DNA of 64,000 nt, from NCBI GenBank assembly GCA_964057225.1, contig OZ059900.1, positions 4,402,001-4,466,000 of the forward strand, in the 5' to 3' direction. The DNA is from Auanema rhodensis (lineage: Eukaryota; Animalia; Nematoda). A program made the translations under genes and the position numbers. Of the stretch, positions 22,741 through 37,326 are shown in pieces. Numbering within the stretch: the stretch's first letter is position 1; every line of letters starts with the position of its first letter. The notes beneath the pieces were generated by a model that saw only the letters and a list, made by a program, of their open reading frames with translations, was not told the DNA's origin and did no database searches.

Positions 22741-25700
22741 CAAACATATATTAATCATTTCCTTTTTCTCAATTAGAAAATATTTATCTCTTTTTGTTTC
22801 CATATGTACTTTTTCTTGTAACAATACGCGCTTTTGTTAGTTATTAACTATTATATTGAACAATGTTTCAACAAATTTTGAACAAATTTTATCGTTAAGT
22901 TTTTGAGAACATTCTCTTTCAATATCGAGCATATATCAATCATTTCCTTTTTCTCAATTAGAAAATATTTATCTCTTTTTGTTTCCATATGTACCTTTTT
23001 TTGTAAAAATACGCGCTTTTGTTATTTATGAACTATTTTATTGAACAATGTTTTAACAAATTTTGAACAAATTTTATCGTTAAGTTTTTGAGAACATTCT
23101 CTTTGAATGTCAAACATAGATCAATCATTTCCTTTTTCTCAATTAGAAAATATTTATCTCTTTTTGTTTCCATATGTACTTTTTCTTGTAACAATACGCG
23201 CTTCTGTTATTTATTAACTATTATATTGAACAATGTTTCCACAAATTTTGAACAAATTTTAACGTTAAGTTTTTGAGAACATTCTCTTTGAATGTCAAAC
23301 ATAGATCAATCATTTCCTTTTTCTCAATTAGAAAATATTTATCTCTTTCTGTTTCCATATGTACCTTTTTTGTAACAATACTCGCTTCTGTTATTTATTA
23401 ACTATAATATTGAACAATGTTTCAACAAATTTTGAACAAATTTTATCGTTAAGTTTTTGAGAACATTCTCTTTGAATGTCAAACATAGATCAATCATTTC
23501 CTTTTTCTCAATTAGAAAATATTTATCTCTTTTTGTTTCCATACGTACTTTTTCTTGTAACAATACGCGCTTTTGTTATTTTTTAACTATTATATTAAAC
23601 AATGTTTCAACAAATTTTGAACAAATTTTAACGTTAAGTTTTTGAGAACATTCTCTTTGAATGTCAAACATAGATCAATCATTTCCTTTTTCTCAATTAG
23701 AAAATATTTATCTCTTTCTGTTTCCATATGTACCTTTTTTGTAACAATACTCGCTTTTGTTATTTATTAACTATAATATTGAACAATGTTTCAACAAATT
23801 TTGAACAAATTTTATCGTTAAGTTTTTGAGAACATTCTCTTTGAATGTCAAACATAGATCAATCATTTCCTTTTTCTCAATTAGAAAATATTTATCTCTT
23901 TTTGTTTCCATATGTACTTTTTCTTGTAACAATACGCGCTTCTGTTATTTATTAACTATTATATTGAACAATGTTTCCACAAATTTTGAACAAATTTTAA
24001 CGTTAAGTTTTTGAGAACATTCTCTTTGAATGTCAAACATAGATCAATCATTTCCTTTTTCTCAATTAGAAAATATTTATCTCTTTTTGTTTCCATACGT
24101 ACTTTTTCTTGTAACAATACGCGCTTTTGTTAGTTATTAACTATTATATTGAACAATGTTTCAACAAATTTTGAACAAATTTTATCGTTAAGTTTTTGAG
24201 AACATTCTCTTTCAATATCGAGCATATATCAATCATTTCCTTTTTCTCAATTAGAAAATATTTATCTCTTTTTGTTTCCATACGTACTTTTTCTTGTAAC
24301 AATACGCGCTTTTGTTAGTTATTAACTATTATATTGAACAATGTTTCAACAAATTTTAACGTTAAGTTTTTGAGAACATTCTCTTTGAATGTCAAACATA
24401 GATCAATCATTTCCTTTTTCTCAATTAGAAAATATTTATCTCTTTTTGTTTCCATACGTACTTTTTCTTGTAACAATACGCGCTTTTGTTATTTTTTAAC
24501 TATTATATTGAACAATGTTTCAACAAATTTTGAACAAATTTTATTGTTAAGTTTTTGAGAACATTCTCTTTCAATATCGAGCATATATCAATCATTTCCT
24601 TTTTCTCAATTAGAAAATATTTATCTCTTTTTGTTTCCATACGTACTTTTTCTTGTAACAATACGCGCTTTTGTTATTTTTTAACTATTATATTGAACAA
24701 TGTTTCAACAAATTTTGAACAAATTTTATTGTTAAGTTTTTGAGAACATTCTCTTTCAATATCGAGCATATATCAATCATTTCCTTTTTCTCAATTAGAA
24801 AATATTTATCTCTTTTTGTTTCCATATGTACCTCTTTTTGTAACAATACGCGCTTCTGTTATTTATTAACTATTATATTGAACAATGTTTCCACAAATTT
24901 TGAACAAATTTTAACGTTAAGTTTTTGAGAACATTCTCTTTGAATGTCAAACATAGATCAATCATTTCATTTTTCTCAATTAGAAAATATTTATCTCTTT
25001 TTGTTTCCATATGTACCTCTTTTTGTAACAATACGCGCTTCTGTTATTTATTAACTATCATATTGAACAATGTTTCAACAAATTTTGAACAAATTTTATC
25101 GTTAAGTTTTTGAGAACATTCTCTTCCAATATCGAGCATATATTAATCATTTCCTTTTTCTCAATTAGAAAATATTTATCTCTTTTTGTTTCCATATGTA
25201 CTTTTTCTTGTAACAATACGCGCTTTTGTTAGTTATTAACTATTATATTGAACAATGTTTCAACAAATTTTGAACAAATTTTATCGTTAAGTTTTTGAGA
25301 ACATTCTCTTTCAATATCGAGCATATATCAATCATTTCCTTTTTCTCAATTAGAAAATATTTATCTCTTTTTGTTTCCATATGTACCTTTTTTTGTAAAA
25401 ATACGCGCTTTTGTTATTTATGAACTATTTTATTGAACAATGTTTTAACAAATTTTGAACAAATTTTATCGTTAAGTTTTTGAGAACATTCTCTTTGAAT
25501 GTCAAACATAGATCAATCATTTCCTTTTTCTCAATTAGAAAATATTTATCTCTTTTTGTTTCCATATGTACTTTTTCTTGTAACAATACGCGCTTCTGTT
25601 ATTTATTTACTATAATATTGAACAATGTTTCAACAAATTTTGAACAAATTTTATCGTTAAGTTTTTGAGAACATTCTCTTTGAATGTCAAACATAGATCA

Positions 25701-28700
25701 ATCATTTCCGTTTTCTCAATTAGAAAATATTTATCTCTTTTTGTTTCCATATGTTCCTTTTTTGTAACAATACGCGCTTCTGTTATTTATTAACTATTAT
25801 ATTGAACAATGTTTCAACAAATTTTGAACAAATTTTATCGTTAAGTTTTTGAGAACATTCTCTTTGAATGTCAAACATAGATCAATCATTTCATTTTTCT
25901 CAATTAGAAAATATTTATCTCTTTTTGTTTCCATATGTACCTCTTTTTGTAACAATACGCGCTTCTGTTATTTATTAACTATCATATTGAACAATGTTTC
26001 AACAAATTTTGAACAAATTTTATCGTTAAGTTTTTGAGAACATTCTCTTCCAATATCGAGCATATATCAATCATTTCCTTTTTCTCAATTAGAAAATATT
26101 TATCTCTTTTTGTTTCCATATGTACCTTTTTTTGTAACAATACTCGCTTCTGTTATTTATTAACTATCATATTGAACAATGTTTCAACAAATTTTGAACA
26201 AATTTTATCGTTAAGTTTTTGAGAACATTCTCTTCCAATATCGAGCATATATCAATCATTTCATTTTTCTCAATTAGAAAATATTTATCTCTTTTTGTTT
26301 CCATATGTACCTCTTTTTGTAACAATACGCGCTTCTGTTATTTATTAACTATCATATTGAACAATGTTTCAACAAATTTTGAACAAATTTTATCGTTAAG
26401 TTTTTGAGAACATTCTCTTCCAATATCGAGCATATATTAATCATTTCCTTTTTCTCAATTAGAAAATATTTATCTCTTTTTGTTTCCATATGTACCTTTT
26501 TTTGTAAAAATACGCGCTTTTGTTATTTATGAACTATTTTATTGAACAATGTTTTAACAAATTTTGAACAAATTTTATCGTTAAGTTTTTGAGAACATTC
26601 TCTTTGAATGTCAAACATAGATCAATCATTTCCTTTTTCTCAATTAGAAAATATTTATCTCTTTTTGTTTCCATATGTTCCTTTTTTGTAACAATACGCG
26701 CTTCTGTTATTTATTTACTATAATATTGAACAATGTTTCAACAAATTTTGAACAAATTTTATCGTTAAGTTTTTGAGAACATTCTCTTTGAATGTCAAAC
26801 ATAGATCAATCATTTCATTTTTCTCAATTAGAAAATATTTATCTCTTTTTGTTTCCATATGTACCTCTTTTTGTAACAATACGCGCTTCTGTTATTTATT
26901 AACTATCATATTGAACAATGTTTCAACAAATTTTGAACAAATTTTATCGTTAAGTTTTTGAGAACATTCTCTTCCAATATCGAGCATATATCAATCATTT
27001 CCTTTTTCTCAATTAGAAAATATTTATCTCTTTTTGTTTCCATATGTACCTTTTTTTGTAACAATACTCGCTTCTGTTATTTATTAACTATCATATTGAA
27101 CAATGTTTCAACAAATTTTGAACAAATTTTATCGTTAAGTTTTTGAGAACATTCTCTTCCAATATCGAGCATATATCAATCATTTCATTTTTCTCAATTA
27201 GAAAATATTTATCTCTTTTTGTTTCCATATGTACCTCTTTTTGTAACAATACGCGCTTCTGTTATTTATTAACTATCATATTGAACAATGTTTCAACAAA
27301 TTTTGAACAAATTTTATCGTTAAGTTTTTGAGAACATTCTCTTCCAATATCGAGCATATATTAATCATTTCCTTTTTCTCAATTAGAAAATATTTATCTC
27401 TTTTTGTTTCCATATGTACTTTTTCTTGTAACAATACGCGCTTTTGTTAGTTATTAACTATTATATTGAACAATGTTTCAACAAATTTTGAACAAATTTT
27501 ATCGTTAAGTTTTTGAGAACATTCTCTTTCAATATCGAGCATATATCAATCATTTCCTTTTTCTCAATTAGAAAATATTTATCTCTTTTTGTTTCCATAT
27601 GTACCGTTTTTTGTAACAATACTCGCTTCTGTTATTTATTAACTATCATATTGAACAATGTTTCAACAAATTTTGAACAAATTTTATCGTTAAGTTTTTG
27701 AGAACATTCTCTTCCAATATCGAGCATATATCAATCATTTCCTTTTTCTCAATTAGAAAATATTTATCTCTTTTTGTTTCCATATGTACCTTTTTTTGTA
27801 ACAATACTCGCTTCTGTTATTTATTAACTATAATATTGAACAATGTTTCAACAAATTTTGAACAAATTTTATCGTTAAGTTTTTGAGAACATTCTCTTTG
27901 AATGTCAAACGTAGATCAATCATTTCCTTTTTCTCAATTAGAAAATATTTATCTCTTTTTGTTTCCATATGTACTTTTTCTTGTAACAATACGCGCTTCT
28001 GTTATTTATTAACTATTTTATTGAACAATGTTTTAACAAATTTTGAACAAATTTTATCGTTAAGTTTTTGAGAGCATTCTCTTTCAATATCGAGCATATA
28101 TCAATCATTTCCTTTTTCTCAATTAGAAAATATTTATCTCTTTCTGTTTCCATATGTACCTTTTTTGTAACAATACTCGCTTCTGTTAGTTATTAACTAT
28201 TATATTGAACAATGTTTCAACAAATTTTGAACAAATTTTATCGTTAAGTTTTTGAGAACATTCTCTTTCAATATCGAGCATATATCAATCATTTCATTTT
28301 TCTCAATTAGAAAATATTTATCTCTTTTTGTTTCCATATGTACCTCTTTTTGTAACAATACGCGCTTCTGTTATTTATTAACTATCATATTGAACAATGT
28401 TTCAACAAATTTTGAACAAATTTTATCGTTAAGTTTTTGAGAACATTCTCTTCCAATATCGAGCATATATCAATCATTTCCGTTTTCTCAATTAGAAAAT
28501 ATTTATCTCTTTTTGTTTCCATATGTTCCTTTTTTGTAACAATACGCGCTTCTGTTATTTATTTACTATAATATTGAACAATGTTTCAACAAATTTTGAA
28601 CAAATTTTATCGTTAAGTTTTTGAGAACATTCTCTTTGAATGTCAAACATAGATCAATCATTTCATTTTTCTCAATTAGAAAATATTTATCTCTTTTTGT

Positions 28701-31700
28701 TTCCATATGTACCTTTTTTTGTAACAATACTCGCTTCTGTTATTTATTAACTATCATATTGAACAATGTTTCAACAAATTTTGAACAAATTTTATCGTTA
28801 AGTTTTTGAGAACATTCTCTTCCAATATCGAGCATATATCAATCATTTCATTTTTCTCAATTAGAAAATATTTATCTCTTTTTGTTTCCATATGTACCTC
28901 TTTTTGTAACAATACGCGCTTCTGTTATTTATTAACTATCATATTGAACAATGTTTCAACAAATTTTGAACAAATTTTATCGTTAAGTTTTTGAGAACAT
29001 TCTCTTCCAATATCGAGCATATATTAATCATTTCCTTTTTCTCAATTAGAAAATATTTATCTCTTTTTGTTTCCATATGTACTTTTTCTTGTAACAATAC
29101 GCGCTTTTGTTAGTTATTAACTATTATATTGAACAATGTTTCAACAAATTTTGAACAAATTTTATCGTTAAGTTTTTGAGAACATTCTCTTTCAATATCG
29201 AGCATATATCAATCATTTCCTTTTTCTCAATTAGAAAATATTTATCTCTTTTTGTTTCCATATGTACCTTTTTTTGTAACAATACTCGCTTCTGTTATTT
29301 ATTAACTATCATATTGAACAATGTTTCAACAAATTTTGAACAAATTTTATCGTTAAGTTTTTGAGAACATTCTCTTCCAATATCGAGCATATATCAATCA
29401 TTTCCTTTTTCTCAATTAGAAAATATTTATCTCTTTTTGTTTCCATATGTACCTTTTTTTGTAACAATACTCGCTTCTGTTATTTATTAACTATAATATT
29501 GAACAATGTTTCAACAAATTTTGAACAAATTTTATCGTTAAGTTTTTGAGAACATTCTCTTCCAATATCGAGCATATATCAATCATTTCATTTTTCTCAA
29601 TTAGAAAATATTTATCTCTTTTTGTTTCCATATGTACCTCTTTTTGTAACAATACGCGCTTCTGTTATTTATTAACTATCATATTGAACAATGTTTCAAC
29701 AAATTTTGAACAAATTTTATCGTTAAGTTTTTGAGAACATTCTCTTCCAATATCGAGCATATATTAATCATTTCCTTTTTCTCAATTAGAAAATATTTAT
29801 CTCTTTTTGTTTCCATATGTACTTTTTCTTGTAACAATACGCGCTTTTGTTAGTTATTAACTATTATATTGAACAATGTTTCAACAAATTTTGAACAAAT
29901 TTTATCGTTAAGTTTTTGAGAACATTCTCTTTCAATATCGAGCATATATCAATCATTTCCGTTTTCTCAATTAGAAAATATTTATCTCTTTTTGTTTCCA
30001 TATGTTCCTTTTTTGTAACAATACGCGCTTCTGTTATTTATTTACTATAATATTGAACAATGTTTCAACAAATTTTGAACAAATTTTATCGTTAAGTTTT
30101 TGAGAACATTCTCTTTGAATGTCAAACATAGATCAATCATTTCATTTTTCTCAATTAGAAAATATTTATCTCTTTTTGTTTCCATATGTACCTTTTTTTG
30201 TAACAATACTCGCTTCTGTTATTTATTAACTATCATATTGAACAATGTTTCAACAAATTTTGAACAAATTTTATCGTTAAGTTTTTGAGAACATTCTCTT
30301 CCAATATCGAGCATATATCAATCATTTCATTTTTCTCAATTAGAAAATATTTATCTCTTTTTGTTTCCATATGTACCTCTTTTTGTAACAATACGCGCTT
30401 CTGTTATTTATTAACTATCATATTGAACAATGTTTCAACAAATTTTGAACAAATTTTATCGTTAAGTTTTTGAGAACATTCTCTTCCAATATCGAGCATA
30501 TATTAATCATTTCCTTTTTCTCAATTAGAAAATATTTATCTCTTTTTGTTTCCATATGTACTTTTTCTTGTAACAATACGCGCTTTTGTTAGTTATTAAC
30601 TATTATATTGAACAATGTTTCAACAAATTTTGAACAAATTTTATCGTTAAGTTTTTGAGAACATTCTCTTTCAATATCGAGCATATATCAATCATTTCCT
30701 TTTTCTCAATTAGAAAATATTTATCTCTTTTTGTTTCCATATGTACCTTTTTTTGTAACAATACTCGCTTCTGTTATTTATTAACTATCATATTGAACAA
30801 TGTTTCAACAAATTTTGAACAAATTTTATCGTTAAGTTTTTGAGAACATTCTCTTCCAATATCGAGCATATATCAATCATTTCCTTTTTCTCAATTAGAA
30901 AATATTTATCTCTTTTTGTTTCCATATGTACCTTTTTTTGTAACAATACTCGCTTCTGTTATTTATTAACTATAATATTGAACAATGTTTCAACAAATTT
31001 TGAACAAATTTTATCGTTAAGTTTTTGAGAACATTCTCTTTGAATGTCAAACGTAGATCAATCATTTCCTTTTTCTCAATTAGAAAATATTTATCTCTTT
31101 TTGTTTCCATATGTACTTTTTCTTGTAACAATACGCGCTTCTGTTATTTATTAACTATTTTATTGAACAATGTTTTAACAAATTTTGAACAAATTTTATC
31201 GTTAAGTTTTTGAGAGCATTCTCTTTCAATATCGAGCATATATCAATCATTTCCTTTTTCTCAATTAGAAAATATTTATCTCTTTCTGTTTCCATATGTA
31301 CCTTTTTTGTAACAATACTCGCTTCTGTTAGTTATTAACTATTATATTGAACAATGTTTCAACAAATTTTGAACAAATTTTATCGTTAAGTTTTTGAGAA
31401 CATTCTCTTTCAATATCGAGCATATATCAATCATTTCATTTTTCTCAATTAGAAAATATTTATCTCTTTTTGTTTCCATATGTACCTCTTTTTGTAACAA
31501 TACGCGCTTCTGTTATTTATTAACTATCATATTGAACAATGTTTCAACAAATTTTGAACAAATTTTATCGTTAAGTTTTTGAGAACATTCTCTTCCAATA
31601 TCGAGCATATATCAATCATTTCCTTTTTCTCAATTAGAAAATATTTATCTCTTTTTGTTTCCATATGTACCTTTTTTTGTAACAATACTCGCTTCTGTTA

Positions 31701-33960
31701 TTTATTAACTATCATATTGAACAATGTTTCAACAAATTTTGAACAAATTTTATCGTTAAGTTTTTGAGAACATTCTCTTCCAATATCGAGCATATATCAA
31801 TCATTTCATTTTTCTCAATTAGAAAATATTTATCTCTTTTTGTTTCCATATGTACCTCTTTTTGTAACAATACGCGCTTCTGTTATTTATTAACTATCAT
31901 ATTGAACAATGTTTCAACAAATTTTGAACAAATTTTATCGTTAAGTTTTTGAGAACATTCTCTTCCAATATCGAGCATATATTAATCATTTCCTTTTTCT
32001 CAATTAGAAAATATTTATCTCTTTTTGTTTCCATATGTACCTTTTTTTGTAAAAATACGCGCTTTTGTTATTTATGAACTATTTTATTGAACAATGTTTT
32101 AACAAATTTTGAACAAATTTTATCGTTAAGTTTTTGAGAACATTCTCTTTGAATGTCAAACATAGATCAATCATTTCCTTTTTCTCAATTAGAAAATATT
32201 TATCTCTTTTTGTTTCCATATGTACTTTTTCTTGTAACAATACGCGCTTCTGTTATTTATTTACTATAATATTGAACAATGTTTCAACAAATTTTGAACA
32301 AATTTTATCGTTAAGTTTTTGAGAACATTCTCTTTGAATGTCAAACATAGATCAATCATTTCCGTTTTCTCAATTAGAAAATATTTATCTCTTTTTGTTT
32401 CCATATGTTCCTTTTTTGTAACAATACGCGCTTCTGTTATTTATTAACTATTATATTGAACAATGTTTCAACAAATTTTGAACAAATTTTATTGTTAAGT
32501 TTTTGAGAACATTCTCTTTCAATATCGAGCAGATATCAATCATTTCCGTTTTCTCAATTAGAAAATATTTATCTCTTTTTGTTTCCATATGTTCCTTTTT
32601 TGTAACAATACGCGCTTCTGTTATTTATTTACTATAATATTGAACAATGTTTCAACAAATTTTGAACAAATTTTATCGTTAAGTTTTTGAGAACATTCTC
32701 TTTGAATGTCAAACATAGATCAATCATTTCATTTTTCTCAATTAGAAAATATTTATCTCTTTTTGTTTCCATATGTACCTCTTTTTGTAACAATACGCGC
32801 TTCTGTTATTTATTAACTATCATATTGAACAATGTTTCAACAAATTTTGAACAAATTTTATCGTTAAGTTTTTGAGAACATTCTCTTCCAATATCGAGCA
32901 TATATCAATCATTTCCTTTTTCTCAATTAGAAAATATTTATCTCTTTTTGTTTCCATATGTACCTTTTTTTGTAACAATACTCGCTTCTGTTATTTATTA
33001 ACTATCATATTGAACAATGTTTCAACAAATTTTGAACAAATTTTATCGTTAAGTTTTTGAGAACATTCTCTTCCAATATCGAGCATATATCAATCATTTC
33101 ATTTTTCTCAATTAGAAAATATTTATCTCTTTTTGTTTCCATATGTACCTCTTTTTGTAACAATACGCGCTTCTGTTATTTATTAACTATCATATTGAAC
33201 AATGTTTCAACAAATTTTGAACAAATTTTATCGTTAAGTTTTTGAGAACATTCTCTTCCAATATCGAGCATATATTAATCATTTCCTTTTTCTCAATTAG
33301 AAAATATTTATCTCTTTTTGTTTCCATATGTACTTTTTCTTGTAACAATACGCGCTTTTGTTAGTTATTAACTATTATATTGAACAATGTTTCAACAAAT
33401 TTTGAACAAATTTTATCGTTAAGTTTTTGAGAACATTCTCTTTCAATATCGAGCATATATCAATCATTTCCTTTTTCTCAATTAGAAAATATTTATCTCT
33501 TTCTGTTTCCATATGTACCTTTTTTGTAACAATACTCGCTTCTGTTATTTATTAACTATAATATTGAACAATGTTTCAACAAATTTTGAACAAATTTTAT
33601 TGTTAAGTTTTTGAGAACATTCTCTTTCAATATCGAGCATATATCAATCATTTCCTTTTTCTCAATTAGAAAATATTTATCTCTTTTTGTTTCCATATGT
33701 TCCTTTTTTGTAACAATACGCGCTTCTGTTAATTATTAACTATTATATTGAACAATGTTTCAACAAATTTTGAACAAATTTTATCGTTAAGTTTTTGAGA
33801 ACATTCTCTTTGAATGTCAAACATAGATCAATCATTTCCTTTTTCTCAATTAGAAAATATTTATCTCTTTTTGTTTCCATATGTACTTTTTCTTGTAACA
33901 ATACGCGCTTTTGTTATTTATTAACTACTATATTGAACAATGTTTCAACGAATTTTGAAC
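22741..33960. repeat. 184-185-bp AT-rich satellite, about 60 monomers
   Basis: TTTTTGAGAACATTCTCTT recurs every 184-185 bp; two monomer classes (TGAATGTCAAACATAGAT vs CAATATCGAGCATATAT). Confidence 0.97.
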
Positions 33961-35645
33961 TGAGAAAAGCTTTGATTTTATTGGAAGCGCTTGGAATACC
34001 GTTTATTGTTGCTGTTACAGCAGACATATTCAGTACTGTTCCTAATATATCACGCTGAAATTATAAATTGATTTTTTTAGCTACAAAGCCTGTAAAAAGT
34101 CACTGGAAACATCTGTATATATCAGGTCATGGCCTAATTGGACATAGCAGCATATGTGCAGTTTGTTTAATTTATTCAGAACTAGGAAAATCATGGCACA
34201 GTCTGGTATTGAAATATTTTAATATCAATTATGATACTATTTTTAGGTAAAACTATACGCACCAGAAGGACTTACTGCTACCTATGCGTATACGATATCT
34301 AGTTTGACTCATCGCACAAACATATTGTATAGAGACTTAGAAACCCATCTGCTGCACCATAACAATAGGACATAATTGAAAAATTAGAAAAAGAAGAGAA
34401 AAATATGTTTTATAATAACTTAGTTAAGTTATCTTGTTTTAATGAACTTTGTGCTGCAGAAGGTATTCATTTAAAATTTTCAACCAATTCACAAAAAATT
34501 TAAGATATGAACACTGATGAGACAAACAATCAACTAGGTGGTGACAAAGAAAATGATGACAGTTTCGTAGAAGAAACATCGTTAACTGTGAATACTGCAA
34601 CAGAATCAGTTCATACCAGCCCGGGTTCAAATCAGGACAAAATGTCACCTCCACCGCCCCTAAAAAAAAAAGAACGAACGTTATATATTTTGATAAAGAA
34701 GAATTTCAAAACAAAATAAAGGTTTAATGAAATAAGTAATTAGTTAATAATAAATTTTAGATCTTGGCCACAACATTTGATACGGAATTCCATCTTTGTA
34801 ATCCACCAAAAATTCGAAAACTTTTGAAAAAAGCTGCAGAGTTTCCGCACTCTAATGAAGAAACTGCTTTGATGCAAGATGTGAACGTGTATTGGCCAGC
34901 CGTCGATATAATAAGTACAATAGATAGAGCACAAATGACTGTTCTTGCTGGAAAAGGTGATTTTATTTGATGTTATCAGATACATAAATAAGTTTTTTAG
35001 GATTGAAAGCTAAGACTAAAATAAACACGAATATGTTCTTGTTCTTGTTCTTATTATGGAAAGCAGATGCAATACAAAAACTGTAAAAACCGTGAAAAAA
35101 GTTTCTCCAATTCACAATTGAATAACTCTGATGATTACCGACTTGATCATGACGGAAGGAAAAAAACTGTTTTTGGCGATATTTCTGGAAATTGTAAAAT
35201 TGAGAGAGGTTGGTTAAAACTATATGTTTGATTTAATTTCTTTGTTCCTTAAGACTGCGGATTTGATTATTTTCCTGGCATTTACGCCAATCATTCACCA
35301 GTTCATGCAAATGCCAGAATTGTGGCTATCACTACGCCAAGTAACTTATGGAACAAAAACGGTAATTATACGGATTGGTTTTAGTTAACAGTGTGTTATT
35401 TATAGATCCCTATAGTATGATATGTATTCTCAAAGCGATGAGAGACATTTTTGTAGATGAAGAAATTTTATGGGATTATTCCGAAGGAAGAGAAACAACA
35501 GACTCTTTCAACTGCTATAACTTATGCTGCTGCGTAGCATGTATGGGTAAGTAAAAAATAAACAAGTAAAAAATAAATCTTGTTTTGCAGGAAGATGTCA
35601 TTCCAGTGAATGTAAAGGCATAATTTTCCATGGCAAAACAAAATC
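33961..35645 (+). other. Unique gene-like DNA: probable exons of an unidentified multi-exon gene or pseudogene
   Basis: Open stretches 34507-34719 and 34762-34957 bounded by TTTTAG acceptors and GT donors; no recognisable domain. Confidence 0.35.
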
Positions 35646-36483
35646 TGTCTGTCAGCGCTGTATGCTCAAGTAAAAGATTAAGCCATGCATGTATAAAGTT
35701 CATCACTTTTGAGAAACTGCGATAGGCTCACAGCTCAGAGACCAAAAAAATTTTTTTTTCCAACTTGTTTTCACGATACTCTCAAAACATTTTTTACACA
35801 TTTTTAAAGAGTTTAAACATTTGAATTGAGAAACAACATTTTTTTTACTCGATTGATTCTGTCAGCGCTGTAGCTTTCGTCAAGGATTAAGCCATGCCAA
35901 CCGCTCACCGACCACAAAAATTTTTTTTCACGTACTTGATTGATTCTGTCAGCGCTGTATGCTCAAGTAAAAGATTAAGCCATGCATGTAGAAAGTTGAA
36001 CTTTTTTAGCCAAACCGCCAACCCACCAAAAATTTTTTCTAGTCAAAAAATTATGGAAATTTTTGAAAAAATATGCAAATTTTTTTTTTCAAAACTATTT
36101 TTCAGAGTAGTCTTATTCTATTTTCTGACTCTTTTTACATATTTCACACTATATATGAAATATGTTTGGAAAAACTTCCCGATATGGCTTAATCCTTGAG
36201 GGAAGCTACAGCGCTGACAGAATCAATCAAGTAAAATTTGCCATTTTTATCAAAATTTTTGATTTTTTCAATAAAATTTCTCGGGTGACCATTTATATGC
36301 GCTTTTTTTTGAAAAATGGTTCCAATATTTCAATAAAGTATACTTTTTCTTACAAATAAAGTATACCTTTTCTTACAAATAAAGTATACCTTTTTTTTAA
36401 TAAGGTATCAATATTGCTAGCGCTATATACAATCAATAAAACGTTATTTGAAACAAGAATAAGGTATACTTTCAGGTATAAAA
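35646..36483 (-). repeat. 3' ETS / spacer downstream of 28S with four 18S 5'-end modules
   Basis: Reverse complement of 2681-3540; modules at about 35646, 35846, 35933 (+) and 36183-36233 (-). Confidence 0.88.
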
Positions 36484-37033
36484 CAAAACATCCAATCAAA
36501 GGATAGTCTCAACAGATCGCAGTATATAAAGACTGCTCTACTGGATACAACACCTTGACCAGTTCTCAAGTCGTATACAAGAGATTTAGCGCCCTGACGT
36601 TGACCAGAGTTTTCTGGCTTTAACAACCATGAAAGATTCCCTTTCACGGATATGTTATATACTAGGGCATAAGCTCTCGTGTGAACACGAGATATAGTTG
36701 CCTTCCGACACCAAGAAGCAACGTTATCGTAACCATTATTAGGTAGGATTCTGATTTAGAGGCGTTCAGTCATAATCCTACTAATGGTAGCTTCGGACCA
36801 TTGGCCTTTCGACCAAGTCTATGAACCAAATGTTAGAACCACCTGTTCCTCTCGTACTGAGGTGGATTACTATTGCAACAATCAAGTCTACAGTAGGGTA
36901 AAACTAACCTGTCTTATCGAAAAAATGAAATTTTTGTATATTATTAATACCGTTGACGGTATTAATAAATACCTCTGACGGTAAGAGCCGACATCGAAGG
37001 ATCAAAAAGCAACGTCGCTATGGACGCTTGGCT

Positions 37034-37077
<44 letters not shown>

Positions 37078-37326
37078 ACCATAATGTCATTGACGAAAGT
37101 CATAAAATCACCAAGTGATAAAACTTAAAACTAAGAAAAAAGGACAGAGTCCTATTCTCCTACAATCGAATAAGTAAAGAATCGATGAAAGCGGTGGTAT
37201 TTCACTTGCGACCGAAGTCTCCCACCTATTCTACACCTCTCATGATTCTTCACAATGTCAAACTAGAGTCAAGCTCCACAGGGTGTTCTTTCCCCGCTAT
37301 ATTTGCCAAGCCCGTTCACTTGGCAG
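36484..37326 (-). rRNA. 28S rRNA 3' part, degenerate (deletions and one insertion)
   Basis: LSU motifs TTGAGCTTGACTCTAG-like, ACCACAGGGATAACTGGCTTG, GACAGGTTAGTTTTACCCTAC, sarcin-ricin loop AGTACGAGAGGAAC. Confidence 0.9.

Noticed and set aside
23088-34058. Repeated 62-aa ORF MRTFS... in each monomer
   Set aside because: TTG-start artefact of the 185-bp satellite, broken at random by 1-bp indels and stops.
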